From: an uncultured Actinomycetota bacterium
Lineage (GTDB): Bacteria; Actinomycetota; Thermoleophilia; Gaiellales; Gaiellaceae
DNA: 64,000 nt
Direction: 5' to 3'
NCBI GenBank assembly: GCA_963738895.1
Contig: CAVTYN010000014.1
Location: 147-64,146 of the forward strand
This document shows positions 24,924-36,056 of this stretch, piece after piece. Below the pieces are notes generated by a model. The model ran no database searches and was not told the origin of the DNA. It worked only from the letters and a program-made list of their open reading frames with translations. Every line of letters starts with the position of its first letter. Within the stretch, counting starts at the first letter, position 1. The translations under genes were made by a program, and so were the position numbers.

Positions 24924-26615
24924 ATGGACTCGGGCACTCGCTCCGCTCGGCCGGGATCCGGTTCTCGGGCTGCGGCGCCTGCGGAGTTGAAGGCGTCGAC
25001 CCCGCGCCCGCCCACGTGGACGCTCAGGAACTACCTGATCGTCTGCCTCGTCGTCCTCGGGGCCGGATCGATCATGATCGCCGCCTGGTCTCTCGTTACC
25101 GGCGGCATCGGCTGGGACGCCCCCACCGACACCGCGGCAGGGCTCCAGGTTCGCGCGATCCCGCCCTCGGACTCGCTTACCCAGGCCTACAACGCCGTCT
25201 ACCTGAACTCGGAGTTCTACGGCGTCTTCATCCAGCAGTCGGCCGATCTGCTCCACAGGATCTTCACCGGCTCGACGCAGCACCTGCAGCAAGACGACTC
25301 GGCCACCTACCTGTACCAGGGCGGGATCACTCTGGCCCTGTCGGTCCTCTCCGTCACCGCGCTCGCGATCGCGGTCGGGCTCATGTTCCGGTCCGCTCTC
25401 GCGGCAGCGTTTGCGTGGTCGCTGACGCTTGCCACGCCCCTGTGGCTCGGGATGTCGCACCTGGACTTCAAGGACGTGCCGGTCGCAGCCGGTCTCAATC
25501 TGATCACCGCCGGGCTCATCTTCAGCATCGTGGTCGAGAGGCCTAGAAAGGCGACGCTCCTCGGCGTGCTGCTCGTCGGCGTCGGAGCAGCAGTCGCACT
25601 GGGGACCCGTCCCGGCAGCTTCCTGCTGCTCGTCGGTTTCCTGGGACTCACCTGTGGCTCTTTCGGCGCCTGGGCCTGGGCGCACGGCCGGCCTCGCGCG
25701 GTGCTCCCGGCGCTGATCGCGTCGGTGGCGGCAGTGGTCATCGCGACGGCGTTCGTGTGGGAGACGAACCCGATCGCGCAGATCGACCTGGTCCAGTGGC
25801 TCCGTGACGCGAGCAAGAATTCCATCGCGTATCCGTGGATTGGCCCGATCCGGACCGCGGGCGGCGACGTCCAGAGCGGCCACCTCCCGTGGTGGTACGT
25901 GCCGGCCTGGCTCGGCGCACAGCTGCCGCTCCTCACGATCGCCGCGCTGCTCGTCGGACTGACCTCGCTCGGCGTCATCATCGTTCGGCGGCGCGGCACC
26001 CCGGGCGGGGAGAGCTCGATCGCGATCGTGCCGCTGGCACTACAGGCCATTGTCGTGCCCGTCGGGATCCTCGTGAGCGGAGCAGTCATCTACGACGGCA
26101 TCCGCCATCTTCTCTTCGCGCTGCCCGCCCTGGTCGCGCTGGCCGCCGGGGGGCTCGCACTCGCCGAGCGCCGGTCTGCGCGCGGTTCAGGATGGCGGAT
26201 CGCTCTCCCTGTCCTCGCGGTGGTGACCGTTGCCGCCAGCCTCTTCGACTCCGCGCGCTGGGCGCCGTACGCGTATGCCTACATCAACCCGATCGCAGGC
26301 CACAACACCCACAGCCAGTCCTGGGAGCTCGACTACTGGGGCACGAGCGCTCGGGAGGGCATAGCCCGGCTTCACAAGTTGGGTCTCACGTCAGTCTCCG
26401 TCCAGCCTGCGCAGACGGTCGGGGTGCCCTTCGGAGCGGCCCCCTACACGGGCACCTTCGGCCCAGGCTCGGGGATCTACGTGTTCTCGAGATGGGGATT
26501 CACCGCGGCTTCGTTCGGCTGCACGAAGCTCTTCACGATCAAGCGGGACGGTCACGAGCTCGGGGAGGGCGGCGAATGCCCGCCCCACACGACCACAGCC
26601 GGCTACCCATCCTGA
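24924..26615 (+). CDS. GT-C-fold polytopic membrane glycosyltransferase candidate (ArnT/PMT-like)
   Basis: The ATG at 24924 is preceded by AAGGG. The ~563-aa protein has more than 10 TM segments, an early extracytoplasmic loop (GIGWDAPTD) and a C-terminal soluble domain. Intact. Confidence 0.6.
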   Translation: MDSGTRSARPGSGSRAAAPAELKASTPRPPTWTLRNYLIVCLVVLGAGSIMIAAWSLVTGGIGWDAPTDTAAGLQVRAIPPSDSLTQAYNAVYLNSEFYGVFIQQSADLLHRIFTGSTQHLQQDDSATYLYQGGITLALSVLSVTALAIAVGLMFRSALAAAFAWSLTLATPLWLGMSHLDFKDVPVAAGLNLITAGLIFSIVVERPRKATLLGVLLVGVGAAVALGTRPGSFLLLVGFLGLTCGSFGAWAWAHGRPRAVLPALIASVAAVVIATAFVWETNPIAQIDLVQWLRDASKNSIAYPWIGPIRTAGGDVQSGHLPWWYVPAWLGAQLPLLTIAALLVGLTSLGVIIVRRRGTPGGESSIAIVPLALQAIVVPVGILVSGAVIYDGIRHLLFALPALVALAAGGLALAERRSARGSGWRIALPVLAVVTVAASLFDSARWAPYAYAYINPIAGHNTHSQSWELDYWGTSAREGIARLHKLGLTSVSVQPAQTVGVPFGAAPYTGTFGPGSGIYVFSRWGFTAASFGCTKLFTIKRDGHELGEGGECPPHTTTAGYPS

Positions 26616-26616
26616 C

Positions 26617-27655
26617 CTAACCAAGCGTGATCGAGCCGAGCTCGCCGTGCACCTCGAGCTCGGAGGAGCCGAGCCAGCGGTGCGGCCCGGCCGCGAAGAA
26701 GAGCGTCGTCGGCGGCCCGCTCATGCCGCCGGTCCCGAACGCGATTCCCCAGATCCCGGGAACCCTGACACCGAGGCTGCCGGCCGGTACCCAGCGGCCG
26801 CCGCGCGGCGCGAACGCGTCGATGCGGCCGTCACCGAAGTTGGCGACGAGCAGATCGCCGCCGAACCTCGGAAACTCGGCGTGGGGCGAGCGCGAGCCCC
26901 CATGGTTCCGCGAACCCCGCCGAACGTCCGATCCGGGCGACCAGCCTTCCCTGGAGGTCGAACTCGTCGACATAGCCGCCGCTCGGCATGTCGTTGCCGT
27001 TCACCGGCGCCGGCCAGGAGTAGCTGACGAACAGACGGTTCCCGGCGGCGACGATGTTGAAGGGCGTGTACCACGACGGGATCGAGGAATCGACGAACGC
27101 GTGCTCGAGAGCGACCGGTCGCCAGTGACGGTCGAAGACGAGCACGTGGCCGTTGTGGAAGTCGGTCACGTACAGCCGGCCGTGCGTGAGCGCGAGTCCC
27201 TTGAACACCGCCGCGGTTCCGGAGCCGTCGACGGCGACGACTGTCTGCTTCGACCAGCCGTGCGGGACGTTCGGCGACCACGCCCGAATCCGGCCGTCCT
27301 CACATGCATAGAGAAACCGCGCCGGCGCCGCGTGCGCGCCGTGGCCGATCACGAAACCCGTCCCACCGTTGAAGACCACGCCGGTCGGGCCCCCGGGAAC
27401 GGCCACGGTGAGCTGCTGCTTGCGTCCCTCCGCCGAGTAGAGGGTGCTCGTCCCTCGGCCTTCGTTCGACACCCACCACGGGCCCGCCTTCATCGACGCG
27501 AGCCCCCATGCGTTCACGAGCTGGGTGTCGTGACTGGAGGCGCCGAGCGCCCGATCGGACACGATCGCGCGCGTGACGAAGTGCGTGCGCCCATCCGCAC
27601 CGACGAGACACGCCGCCACCGCGGAGGCGATGACGGCGATCGCCACCGTCCTCAT
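26617..27655 (-). pseudogene. TIGR03118-family secreted beta-propeller protein, one frameshift
   Basis: After a signal peptide the protein reads LVNAWGLA..PWWVSNEGRGTSTLY..PTGVVFNGG..FLYACEDGRIRAW..FKGLAL..LYVTDFHNGHVLVFD..NIVAAGNRLFVSY..GGYVDEFDLQGRLV..PWGLALAP. After a shift near 26885 it continues EFPRFGGDLLVANFGDGRIDAF..IWGIAFG. Confidence 0.8.
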
Positions 27656-27661
27656 CGCCGC

Positions 27662-29017
27662 TCAGCCGGTCGCGACCGGCCGCGGTGCATCGAGCCGGCT
27701 GCCGATCATCCCCCGGTACCAGTAGAAGCTGTCCTTCGGCACGCGCTCCTGCGTGAGGTAGTCGACGTAGACGATGCCGAACCGCTTCGAGTAGCCCTCA
27801 CCCCACTCGAAGTTGTCGAGGAAGCTCCAGACGAAGTAGCCCTTCACCGGCGCGCCTTCCTCGATCGCACGCGCCATCGCACCGATGTAGCCCTCCAGAT
27901 ACGCAACCCGCTCCGGGTCGTGGACGCTGCCGTCGTGCACGCGCACGTCGCCGAACGCTGCGCCGTTCTCGGTCACGTACATCGCAGGCGGTGCATAGTC
28001 CTCCGTGACGCGCATCAGCAGGTGGTAGAGGCCGTCGGGATACACCTCCCAGCCCATCTCGGTCTTCAGCGCCTCCGGATCGTTGACGATCTGCGGCCGG
28101 TCGGTGCCGGCGGCCACGACGAACCGGAAGTAGTTGTTGACGCCGAGGAAGTCGAGCGGAGCGGCAATCGCCTCGAGATCGCCGGGCTGCACGTGCGGCG
28201 CGACCAGCTCGTTGCGCTCGAGCAGGTCGGCCGGATAGGCGCCGCGGAAGACCGGGTCGAGGAACCAGCGGTTCCCCTCGCCGTCGACCTGCCACGCGGC
28301 CGCTTCGTCCTCGGGTGTTGCCGAGTGCGGATAGATGTGATGCAGGTTCAGGACGATCCCGACCTGCGCCTCCGGCGCGATCCGCCGGATCGCCTCGACG
28401 GCCCAGCCGTGGCCGAGCAGCAGGTGGTGCGCCGCCGCAACCGCGTCCGCCTCGCTCGTGAGGCCCGGTGCGTGGCGACCCCAGGAATGGCCGATCCAGG
28501 CGTAGACCCACGGCTCGTTGTGCGTCGCCCAGTGCTGCACGCGGTCACCGAGCCGGCCGACGACGGCTTCCGTGTACTCGACGAATGCCTCGGCGGTCGA
28601 GCGCACCCGAAAGCCGCCCTCGTCCTCCAGGGCCTGAGGCAGATCCCAGTGGAAGAGCGTCGCGAACGGCTCGATCCCCGCCTCCAGCAACGTGTCGACG
28701 AGGCGGTCGTAGAAGTCGAGGCCCTTCTCGTTCACCGTGCCTCGGCCCTGCGGCAGGATCCGAGGCCACGCGATCGAGAAGCGAAAGGCGTCGATCCCGA
28801 GCTCCGTCATCAGCTTCACGTCGTCCGGATAGCGGTGGTAGAAGTCGCACGCGATCTCGCCCGTGTCGCCACCGCGGACCTTGCCGGGCGTCGCCGAGAA
28901 GCGATCCCAGACGCTCTCGCCGCGTCCGTCTTCGTGCGCTGCGCCTTCGATCTGGTACGACGCGGTCGCCGCTCCCCAGCGGAAATCTGCCGGGATGGAG
29001 TTCGCGAGGTCTGTCAT
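27662..29017 (-). CDS. bglB: GH1 beta-glucosidase
   Basis: The internal ATG at 29017 gives 451 aa reading [41 protein letters not shown] (acid/base NEP)..YVTENGAAF (nucleophile ENG)..[15 protein letters not shown]. It overlaps the upstream ATPase stop in an ATGA. Confidence 0.95.
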   Translation of the reverse strand: MTDLANSIPADFRWGAATASYQIEGAAHEDGRGESVWDRFSATPGKVRGGDTGEIACDFYHRYPDDVKLMTELGIDAFRFSIAWPRILPQGRGTVNEKGLDFYDRLVDTLLEAGIEPFATLFHWDLPQALEDEGGFRVRSTAEAFVEYTEAVVGRLGDRVQHWATHNEPWVYAWIGHSWGRHAPGLTSEADAVAAAHHLLLGHGWAVEAIRRIAPEAQVGIVLNLHHIYPHSATPEDEAAAWQVDGEGNRWFLDPVFRGAYPADLLERNELVAPHVQPGDLEAIAAPLDFLGVNNYFRFVVAAGTDRPQIVNDPEALKTEMGWEVYPDGLYHLLMRVTEDYAPPAMYVTENGAAFGDVRVHDGSVHDPERVAYLEGYIGAMARAIEEGAPVKGYFVWSFLDNFEWGEGYSKRFGIVYVDYLTQERVPKDSFYWYRGMIGSRLDAPRPVATG

Positions 29018-30004
29018 GGCGTTGTCCTTTCGCTGGGAAGAGGGGAAGGCGCAGTCACGTGACAGCGCCCGAACTGGTGAGGCCGGGCCTCGACGAGACA
29101 CGGAGTGACCTCGGAGCAGATACCGATCGCCACGGGGCACCGCGCCAGGAACCGGCACCCCTCGGCGGGGTCGATCGCCGCCGACGCGGGCGCCCCGAAC
29201 TCGATCCATTTCGCCTCGGCGCCGGGATCCGGAGCGGCGTCCAGCAGGAGCTGCGTGTAGGGATGCAGGGGATCGGCGAGCACCTGCTCGATCGGCCCCT
29301 GCTCGACGATCTGGCCTGCGTACATGACGAGGATCTCGTCGGCGACGTACCGCGCGGCGGCCAGGTCGTGGGTGACGTAGAGAAACGCGAGGTCGCGCTC
29401 CTCCTTCAGCTTCAGCATCAGGTTGAGGATCCCGATCCGGATCGAGACGTCGAGCATGCTCGTCGGCTCGTCGGCGAGCACGACCTTGGGCTCGACGGCC
29501 AGCGCGCGGGCGATCGCGACGCGCTGTCGCTGCCCGCCGGAGAGTTGGTGCGGGTACTTCGCGGCAACCTCCTCGGGCGGTGTCAGGCCCACGGCCCGCA
29601 GCAGCTCGTGAATGCGTTCGTCGAGCTGACCGCGCGGCACGATCTCGTGGAGCTGCAAGGGCCGGGCCAGATGGTGGCGGATCGTCTTGACGGGATTGAG
29701 CGACGCGAACGGATCCTGGAAGATGATCTGCACCTGGGAGCGGTAGTGCAGCTCCTCCTTGCGGCTCTTCAGCTTCGCGGCATCGCCGCCTTCGAAGAAC
29801 ACGGAGCCGCCGGTCGGCGCCTGCAAGCCGGGCGAGCAGGCGCGCGACCGTGCTCTTGCCGCTCCCGCTCTCACCGACGAGCGCCGTGACCGTCCCCGGC
29901 TTGAGCTCGAACGAGACGTCGTCGACCGCATGAACCTGCGGCCGGTTGAGCTTGCCCCCGAGGAGGAAGCGCTTCTCGAGGTTCCTGACCTCGAGCGCGC
30001 TCAC
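29014..30004 (-). pseudogene. Opp/Dpp-type ABC transporter ATP-binding protein (OppF/DppF-like), one frameshift
   Basis: The GTG at 30004 gives [32 protein letters not shown]. After a shift near 29825 it reads [40 protein letters not shown]-terminal oligopeptide_C domain. Confidence 0.88.
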
Positions 30005-31021
30005 GACGTCGCTCCTTCCGCGAGGTGGCAGGCGACCTGGTGACCCGGCTCGAGCTCTCGCAACAGCGGGTACCTCCGTCGTCTGACGCTCGTACAGGCC
30101 CGAGACGGTCGGGACGGCATTCCGGACAACGCGGGTGGAACCGGCAGCCGGCCGGTGGATCGCGGAGATCCGGCGGCGCGCCGCCGATGCCGGTCAAGCG
30201 CTGACGGGGCCCGCGCAGCGGAGGGAAGGACGCCAGCAACCCGCGCGTGTACGGGTGGAGCGGATTCGCCCCGAGGCGGCTTGCCTCCGCGGTCTCGACG
30301 ATCGAGCCCGCGTACATGATCGCGATCCGGTGCGCGGTCTCGATCAGCAGCGAGAGATCGTGCGTGATGAAGAGCACCGCAAACTGCCGCTCGCGCTGAA
30401 GCTCCTGGACACGTTGCAGGATCTCGCGCTGCACGACGACGTCCAGTGCCGTGGTGGGCTCGTCGAGGATGATCAGCTCGGGCTCGAGCGCCAGCGCCAT
30501 CGCGATGATCACGCGCTGGCGCATGCCACCCGACAGCTCGTGCGGATACGCGCGCACCCGCTGCCTGTCCATGCACATCAGCTCGAGCAGGTCGCCGGCC
30601 TGCGCCAACGCCTGCTTCTTCGAGATCCGCTCGTGCGCCTGCATCATGTCGACGAACTGGTCGCCGACGCGCGTCACCGGATTGAGCGCGTTCATCGCCG
30701 ACTGGAAGACGATCGAGACGTTCTGCCAGCGGAACGTCCGCAGCTCCTCTCGCGATCGGCGACGAGGTCTTCGCCGCGGAAGAAGATGCTGCCGCCGGTC
30801 ACACGTGCTGTCGACGGCAGGATCTGCATCATCGCGTTCGCAACCGTGCTCTTCCCGCAGCCCGATTCGCCGGCGAGGCCGACGATCTCGCCCGCTCCGA
30901 TCGAGAGGTCGACGCCGTTGACGACGCGCACCGAGCCGTAGTCGACAGCGAGCCCTCGCAGCTCGAGGAGCGTCTCGGTCTTCGTCGCGGCTGGAACGGG
31001 ATGCTCGATCGCGCTCGTCAT
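30001..31021 (-). pseudogene. Opp/Dpp-type ABC transporter ATP-binding protein (OppD/DppD-like), at least 2 frameshifts
   Basis: The ATG at 31021 gives [32 protein letters not shown]. After a shift near 30770 it reads ELRTFRWQNVSIVFQSAMNALNP..LSGGMRQRVIIAMAL..ILDEPTTALD. After a shift near 30100 it ends [21 protein letters not shown]. Confidence 0.88.
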
Positions 31022-32020
31022 GGTTTCGCCCACGAGCGGCTCCCGACGAAGAGAGGCAGCAGGCGGTGACGCCGCCGGCGAGGCGGCTTCTCGGCACGGA
31101 GGCGCGGGTTGCTCACCTCGTCGACCCCGGTGAGGATCAGGACGAGCCCGAGAACGGTCAGCGCGAGCGCCACACCCGGGGAAGACGAACGGCCACCATT
31201 CGCCCTGGAGAACGGTCGAGTTCGTCTGCGCCCAGTAGAGCGTCATGCCCCAGCTCGTGTGGCTGACGTCGCCGAGACCGAGGAACTCGAGCCCGGCGTC
31301 GACGAGAAGCGCGATGTAGAACACGAGCACGAACGCCGCGGCGATCCTGCTGATCATGTTCGGCATCAGCTCGCCGAAGACGATGCGCGAGGTCGACTCG
31401 CCGGATGCCTTCGCTGCGAGCACGAAATCCCTGTTCCGCAGCGAGAGCGCCTGGCCCCGGAGGATCCGCGCTTCGAACGCCCAGAGGACGAGCGCCAGGA
31501 CGACCGCCATCGTCCACATGCCGCGGCCCTTCAGGTAGGCCGAGATCACGACGAGCAGCGGGATCGCCGGGATGGTCAGGAAGACGTTGATGACCAGGTT
31601 CACGATCTCGTCGTACATCCCGCCGATGTAGGCCGAGCTGACGCCGAGGATCGCGGCCACCGCGGTCGCGAGCGCGGCCGCGGCCGCGCCGAGGAGCAGC
31701 GAGCGCCGCGCACCGACGACGACCTGCGAGAAGACGTCGCTGCCCTGGTCCGTCGTCCCGAACAGGTGGTGCCATGACGGCGCCTGACGGGCGTCGAGCA
31801 GGCTGAAGTCGTTCGGATGTGCGACCGAGATCCACGGCGCGATCAACGCGACCACGACCACGAACGCGACGATCATCAGACCGAGGCACGACTTGCGGTT
31901 CCCGAGCATCAAGGCGAGCCAGCCGGGGATTCGCACACGCCGCCCGGCGACGACCGCCGGCACGGGCGCCGCGAACTCGACGGCTGTCTGATCCATGAGT
32001 GTCGGATCGATCTGTGACAT
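31018..32020 (-). pseudogene. Opp/Dpp-type ABC transporter permease (OppC/DppC-like), one frameshift
   Basis: The TM-rich ORF has the EAA-loop region AAKASGESTSRIVFGELMPN. After a shift near 31175 the tail reads [27 protein letters not shown]. The TGA at 31018-31020 overlaps the next ATG. Confidence 0.85.
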
Positions 32021-33015
32021 CAGCTTGTCCTGAGCCGCGGGTCGAGGACGAGGTTGAGGACGTCCATGATCAGGTTCGCGACGATCACGCAGAGGCAGAG
32101 CACGACCAGGATCGCCTGAGCCAGCGGGTAGTCGTTGCCGAGGACGGCGCTCTGCAGCGTGTAGCCGACTCCGGGGTAGCTGAAGATGTACTCGATGAAG
32201 ACCAGGCCTCCGACGGCGCCCGCAAACTGCGCGGCGAACCCGTTGAGCGGCGGCAGGATCGCATTCCGTCCTGCGTACTGCGTCATCACCCGCTGCTCGC
32301 GCAGGCCCTTCGCGTTGGCCATCGTCACGTAGTCCTCGGAGATCGTGTTGATCATCACGGTGCGCATGTTGAGCACCCAGTAGCCGGTGTAGGCCGCGAT
32401 GATCACGAGGATCGGCAGCTGCGAGTGACGAAACGCGCTGCTGAAGAACGGCCAGTTGAGACCGGGCGTGATGTCGCTGTCATAGGCGTGCTGAATCGGG
32501 AACCAGCCCAACTTCAGCCCGAAGATGTAGAGGCCGATCAGTGCGATGAAGAAGGCGGGGAAGGCGCCGAGCACCATGAATGCCGGGACGACGAGATTGT
32601 CGAAGAGACCGCCGCGCCGCCATGCTGCGAACATCCCGACGGCGGTGCCGATGGCGAAGGCGAAGAGGAACGCAACGCCGACGAGGAAGATCGAGTACGG
32701 CAGCGTGCGGCCGATGACCTCGGAGACCGGCGTCGGATAGTTCGACGTCGAGATGCCGAAATTGAAGTGCACGATGCGGTCCAGATAGACGACGTAGTCA
32801 TGCCAGATCGAGTGGTGGCCGCCTCCGAGCAACGCCTGGTAGGTCGCGACGAGGCCGGGGTTCGCCGAGAGCTGGGCACTGCTCAGATGCTGCAGCACCC
32901 CGTCGATCGGGCTGCCCGGCATCAACCGCGGGAGCAGGAAGTTGATCGTCAGCGCGACCCAGATCGCGAAGACGTAGAAGACGAGCCGACGGGCGAACCA
33001 GCGCATTGTCGTCAA
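32020..33015 (-). CDS. Opp/Dpp-type ABC transporter permease (OppB/DppB-like)
   Basis: Intact 331-aa ORF reading RRLVFYVFAIWVALTINFLLPRLMPGSP...YVTMANAKGLREQRVMTQYAGRNAILP. Confidence 0.9.
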   Translation of the reverse strand: MTTMRWFARRLVFYVFAIWVALTINFLLPRLMPGSPIDGVLQHLSSAQLSANPGLVATYQALLGGGHHSIWHDYVVYLDRIVHFNFGISTSNYPTPVSEVIGRTLPYSIFLVGVAFLFAFAIGTAVGMFAAWRRGGLFDNLVVPAFMVLGAFPAFFIALIGLYIFGLKLGWFPIQHAYDSDITPGLNWPFFSSAFRHSQLPILVIIAAYTGYWVLNMRTVMINTISEDYVTMANAKGLREQRVMTQYAGRNAILPPLNGFAAQFAGAVGGLVFIEYIFSYPGVGYTLQSAVLGNDYPLAQAILVVLCLCVIVANLIMDVLNLVLDPRLRTS

Positions 33016-33078
33016 GCGGAGGGTAGACAGCGGGCGGCCCTGAGGGGCCGCCCGCTAGGAGGAACGTCTACCCGGTCG

Positions 33079-34825
33079 TTACACCCCGGCCTGCCCTCCC
33101 GGGCAGATGCGGGTCAAGGAGAGGACGTTGTCGGGGAACGTGGTGAAGATCGGGTCACCGAAGAAGTTCTTCGGCGTGTCGTAGCAGTGGAAGTACTTCG
33201 TGCTGTAGGTCGACCAGCGGGGACCGATGAAGAGCGGGATGATCGGCTGGTCCTTGAGGAAGATGCCCTCGAGCCGCGTAGCGAGCTCCTGCTGCTTCGC
33301 CGGATTCAGCGTGACCTTCCAGGCGTCCAGGAGCTTCGTCGCGGTCGGATCGGCGAAGTGCTCCCAGTTGCCGGTCGGCGTGCCGTCCTTGCCGGCGGGA
33401 ATGAATGCGTTCTGGTCGAGGTTGGCGTAGAAGTAGCCGTACGGCGAGCCCTGCGAGCCGTTCTGCCAGAGCAGCGTCGGGTTCTTCGTCGCCATCGCGT
33501 TCGGCTGCCAGGAGCCCCAGTCGGGCTCCAGAGCCACCTTCGAGGCTGATGCCGATGTCCGAGAGGTTCTTGGTGATGATCTGGTTCGAGGCGACCCAGT
33601 CCGACCAGCCCGAGATCACGTGGATGTCGAGTGACACGGGGTTGCCCTTGGGATCGACGAGCTGGTTGCCGTTGTACGTGAAGCCGGCGGCCGTCAGCAT
33701 CGCCTTCGCGGCAGCGGGATCGTACTTGGCCGCCGCCTTCGCCTGCGCCTTGACGGCGCCGCTGACGATCCACTTCGGGAACAACCCGCTCAGGCCGATC
33801 GCGTCGGTGGGCGGCGCATAGCCGTATTCGCCGAGCTTCGACACCGAGTTACGGTCGATCGCGAGGCTGAGCGCCTTGCGGAACGCGACCAGGTTGAACG
33901 GATACGCGGTGTCGTCGAACGTGAGCGAGATCGGGTACGCGGTCGTCGCGTAGAAGGCGTGGTAGTGCTGCGGGTCCTTCGACTCGTAGGCCTTCTCCAC
34001 GTTCGGGACGAAGTTGTGCGTCCAGTCGACCTGGCCACTCTGGATCAACGCCAGCGCGGCGTCGTTCGAGGCGGCCTGCACGTACTCGAGGCACGGGACC
34101 TTCGGGAGGCCCGGCTGCCAGTAGTTCGGGTTCTTGCCGAGGACGTAGTCCTGGGTCGTGAAACGCGTGATCGTGTCGAACGGACCGGAACCGACGGGAT
34201 CCGAGTTGAGGAACGTCGCCGGCTTGGCAACCTTCGACCAGATGTGCTGGGGCACGACGAACTGGCGGTTCAGCGTCGCCGCGATGAACTGCGAGTCGGG
34301 AGTCTTCAGAGTGATCGCGACCGTGTACGGATCCGTCGCCTTCACCGACGCGACGTTGTTGCCGGCGCCGATGAAGCCGATGCGATCCATGATCGGATCC
34401 TGTTTCCCGGCGGTGAGGCTGTAGACGACGTCTGCCGACGTCAGCGGCGTGCCGTCCGACCACTTCACGTTCTTCGCGAGGTGGAGGGTCAGTGTCTTGT
34501 TGCCGTTCGACCAGGCCCAGGTGCGCGCCAGCCACGGAACGGGCTTCAGCCCACCCTCGCCCGTCACGATCAGGGGCTCGTAGAAGGCGCCCTGTATAAC
34601 GGCTCCGCTCGGCAGGTTGCCGCCGCCTGCGGTGTAGGGATTGAAGTTCTTGACGAAGGCCGGGTCACCGGCACCCGTCATCACGAGACAGGTATGGCTC
34701 GCCTTCACGCCGGCGGGGCCGGCGGAGGCCGATCCCGTCCCGACGAGCACGACCACTGCGGCGGCGAGAGCTGCGGCGGCGGGCAGTGCGGCGAGGCGTC
34801 TTTTGTTCCGGAAGCTGCGTCGCAT
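33079..34825 (-). pseudogene. ABC transporter substrate-binding protein, family 5 (OppA/DppA-like), one frameshift
   Basis: The signal peptide is MRRSFRNKRRLAALPAAAALAAAVVVLVG, followed by a long SBP_bac_5-like body. After a shift near 33540 the protein continues in ORF 33079..33537 (LEPDWGSWQPNAMATKNPTLLWQNGSQ...). Confidence 0.85.
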
Positions 34826-34878
34826 CGGCTGTCCTTTCTACGCCCGTCGTCGGGCGAGGCGGGGACTCGACATCGAGT

Positions 34879-34894
34879 CCGTAAACGTTTCCGG
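34879..34894. promoter_or_regulatory. LacI-family operator candidate 1
   Basis: CCGTAAACGTTTCCGG is 14/16 palindromic around a central CG (AAACGTTT core). It lies 54-69 nt upstream of the SBP start. Confidence 0.55.
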
Positions 34895-34966
34895 GACAGT
34901 ATGTAACACTCTGGGTATGGCAAAGTCAAGCGCTCGCATAGAATCGCTTCAATAGTGCCGTTTTCT

Positions 34967-34981
34967 CCGTAACGTTTCCGG
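34967..34981. promoter_or_regulatory. LacI-family operator candidate 2 (same motif, one A shorter)
   Basis: CCGTAACGTTTCCGG is identical to site 1 except for one missing A in the A-run. It lies 19-33 nt upstream of the lacI-family start. Confidence 0.5.
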
Positions 34982-34999
34982 AACTGGCATACTTGGCCG

Positions 35000-36040
35000 G
35001 TGCCGGAGACGACGATCCCCAACCGGGTGACGATCCGCGAGGTTGCGAGGGAGGCGGGTGTTTCGATCGCGACCGTCTCTCGCGTCCTCAACGACCGGGA
35101 GGATGTCTCGGCGCAGACCCGCGAGGTGGTCTCCCGCGTCATTCGCGAGCGCGGCTACACGGCGAACCGGAGCGCCCGTCATCTCTCCGGAGGCAGGACC
35201 GGGCTGATCGGCGTCCTCGTTCCGCTCGTCTACCCTGCCTACTTCTCCGGGATCGTCTCGGGCGCCGCCGAGGCTCTCCACGAGCAGGACCTCCGCCTCG
35301 TGCTCTCACCCACGGGCCACGAGCACGACCGAGAGGTCACGCTGCTCGACCGCCTGTTCCACGGCGTCACCGACGGCGCCCTGATCGTCCTCCCCGAGGA
35401 GTCGAGCGACGAGCTCGAGCAGCTGCTCGCCCGCGGTTACTCCTTTGTCGTCGTCGACCCCCTCGAGCCCCTCGCAGGGAACATCCCGTCGGTGTCGGCG
35501 GCGCATGCCTCCGGCGCCGACCAGGCGATGCAGCACCTTCTGGAGCTCGGCCACCGGCGTATCGCGGCGATCACCGGGCCGAACGGCTGGCTGGCGACGG
35601 AGGAGCGCCGGCGCGGATACCACGCCGCGCTCGCGGCAGCGGGCATCATGCCCGACCCCGCGCTCGAGCTCGAATCCGATTTCGAGGTGCTTGGAGGCCG
35701 CCGAGCGGCCAACACCCTGCTCGACCTCCCCGATCCACCAACGGCGATCTTCGCCTTCAACGACAACCTCGCGATCGGCGTCCTCCAGGCCGCTCGCGTC
35801 CGCGGAGTTCAGATCCCCGGCGATCTCTCCGTCGTCGGCTTCGACGACGTCGAGCACGCGAGCATCGTCACCCCCGCGGTGACCACGATCCGCCAGCCGC
35901 TCGCCGAGATGGGGCGCACGGCCGTCAACCTGCTGATGCGGCTCCTCGAGCGGCAGCGGTTCGAGACCCTGCACGTCGAGCTCGCGACGCGCCTCGTCGT
36001 GCGCCAGTCGACCGGGCCCGCTCCTGTACCGAGACGATAG
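35000..36040 (+). CDS. LacI-family transcriptional regulator
   Basis: Intact 346-aa ORF. The HTH is VTIREVAREAGVSIATVSRVLNDREDVSAQTREVV, followed by a periplasmic-binding-fold sugar domain. Confidence 0.93.
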   Translation: MPETTIPNRVTIREVAREAGVSIATVSRVLNDREDVSAQTREVVSRVIRERGYTANRSARHLSGGRTGLIGVLVPLVYPAYFSGIVSGAAEALHEQDLRLVLSPTGHEHDREVTLLDRLFHGVTDGALIVLPEESSDELEQLLARGYSFVVVDPLEPLAGNIPSVSAAHASGADQAMQHLLELGHRRIAAITGPNGWLATEERRRGYHAALAAAGIMPDPALELESDFEVLGGRRAANTLLDLPDPPTAIFAFNDNLAIGVLQAARVRGVQIPGDLSVVGFDDVEHASIVTPAVTTIRQPLAEMGRTAVNLLMRLLERQRFETLHVELATRLVVRQSTGPAPVPRR

Positions 36041-36056
36041 GCACCAACCTCGTTCC

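Noticed and set aside
26627-29062. 811-aa plus-strand ORF
   Set aside because: It is antisense to the TIGR03118 and GH1 genes and has no family signature.
27662-30004. Apparent fusion of an ABC ATPase N-terminus with the GH1 beta-glucosidase (780-aa ORF)
   Set aside because: After the frameshift near 29825, the ATPase N-terminal frame happens to stay open out of frame until it meets the bgl frame. The GH1 protein has its own ATG at 29017, in an ATGA overlap with the ATPase stop.
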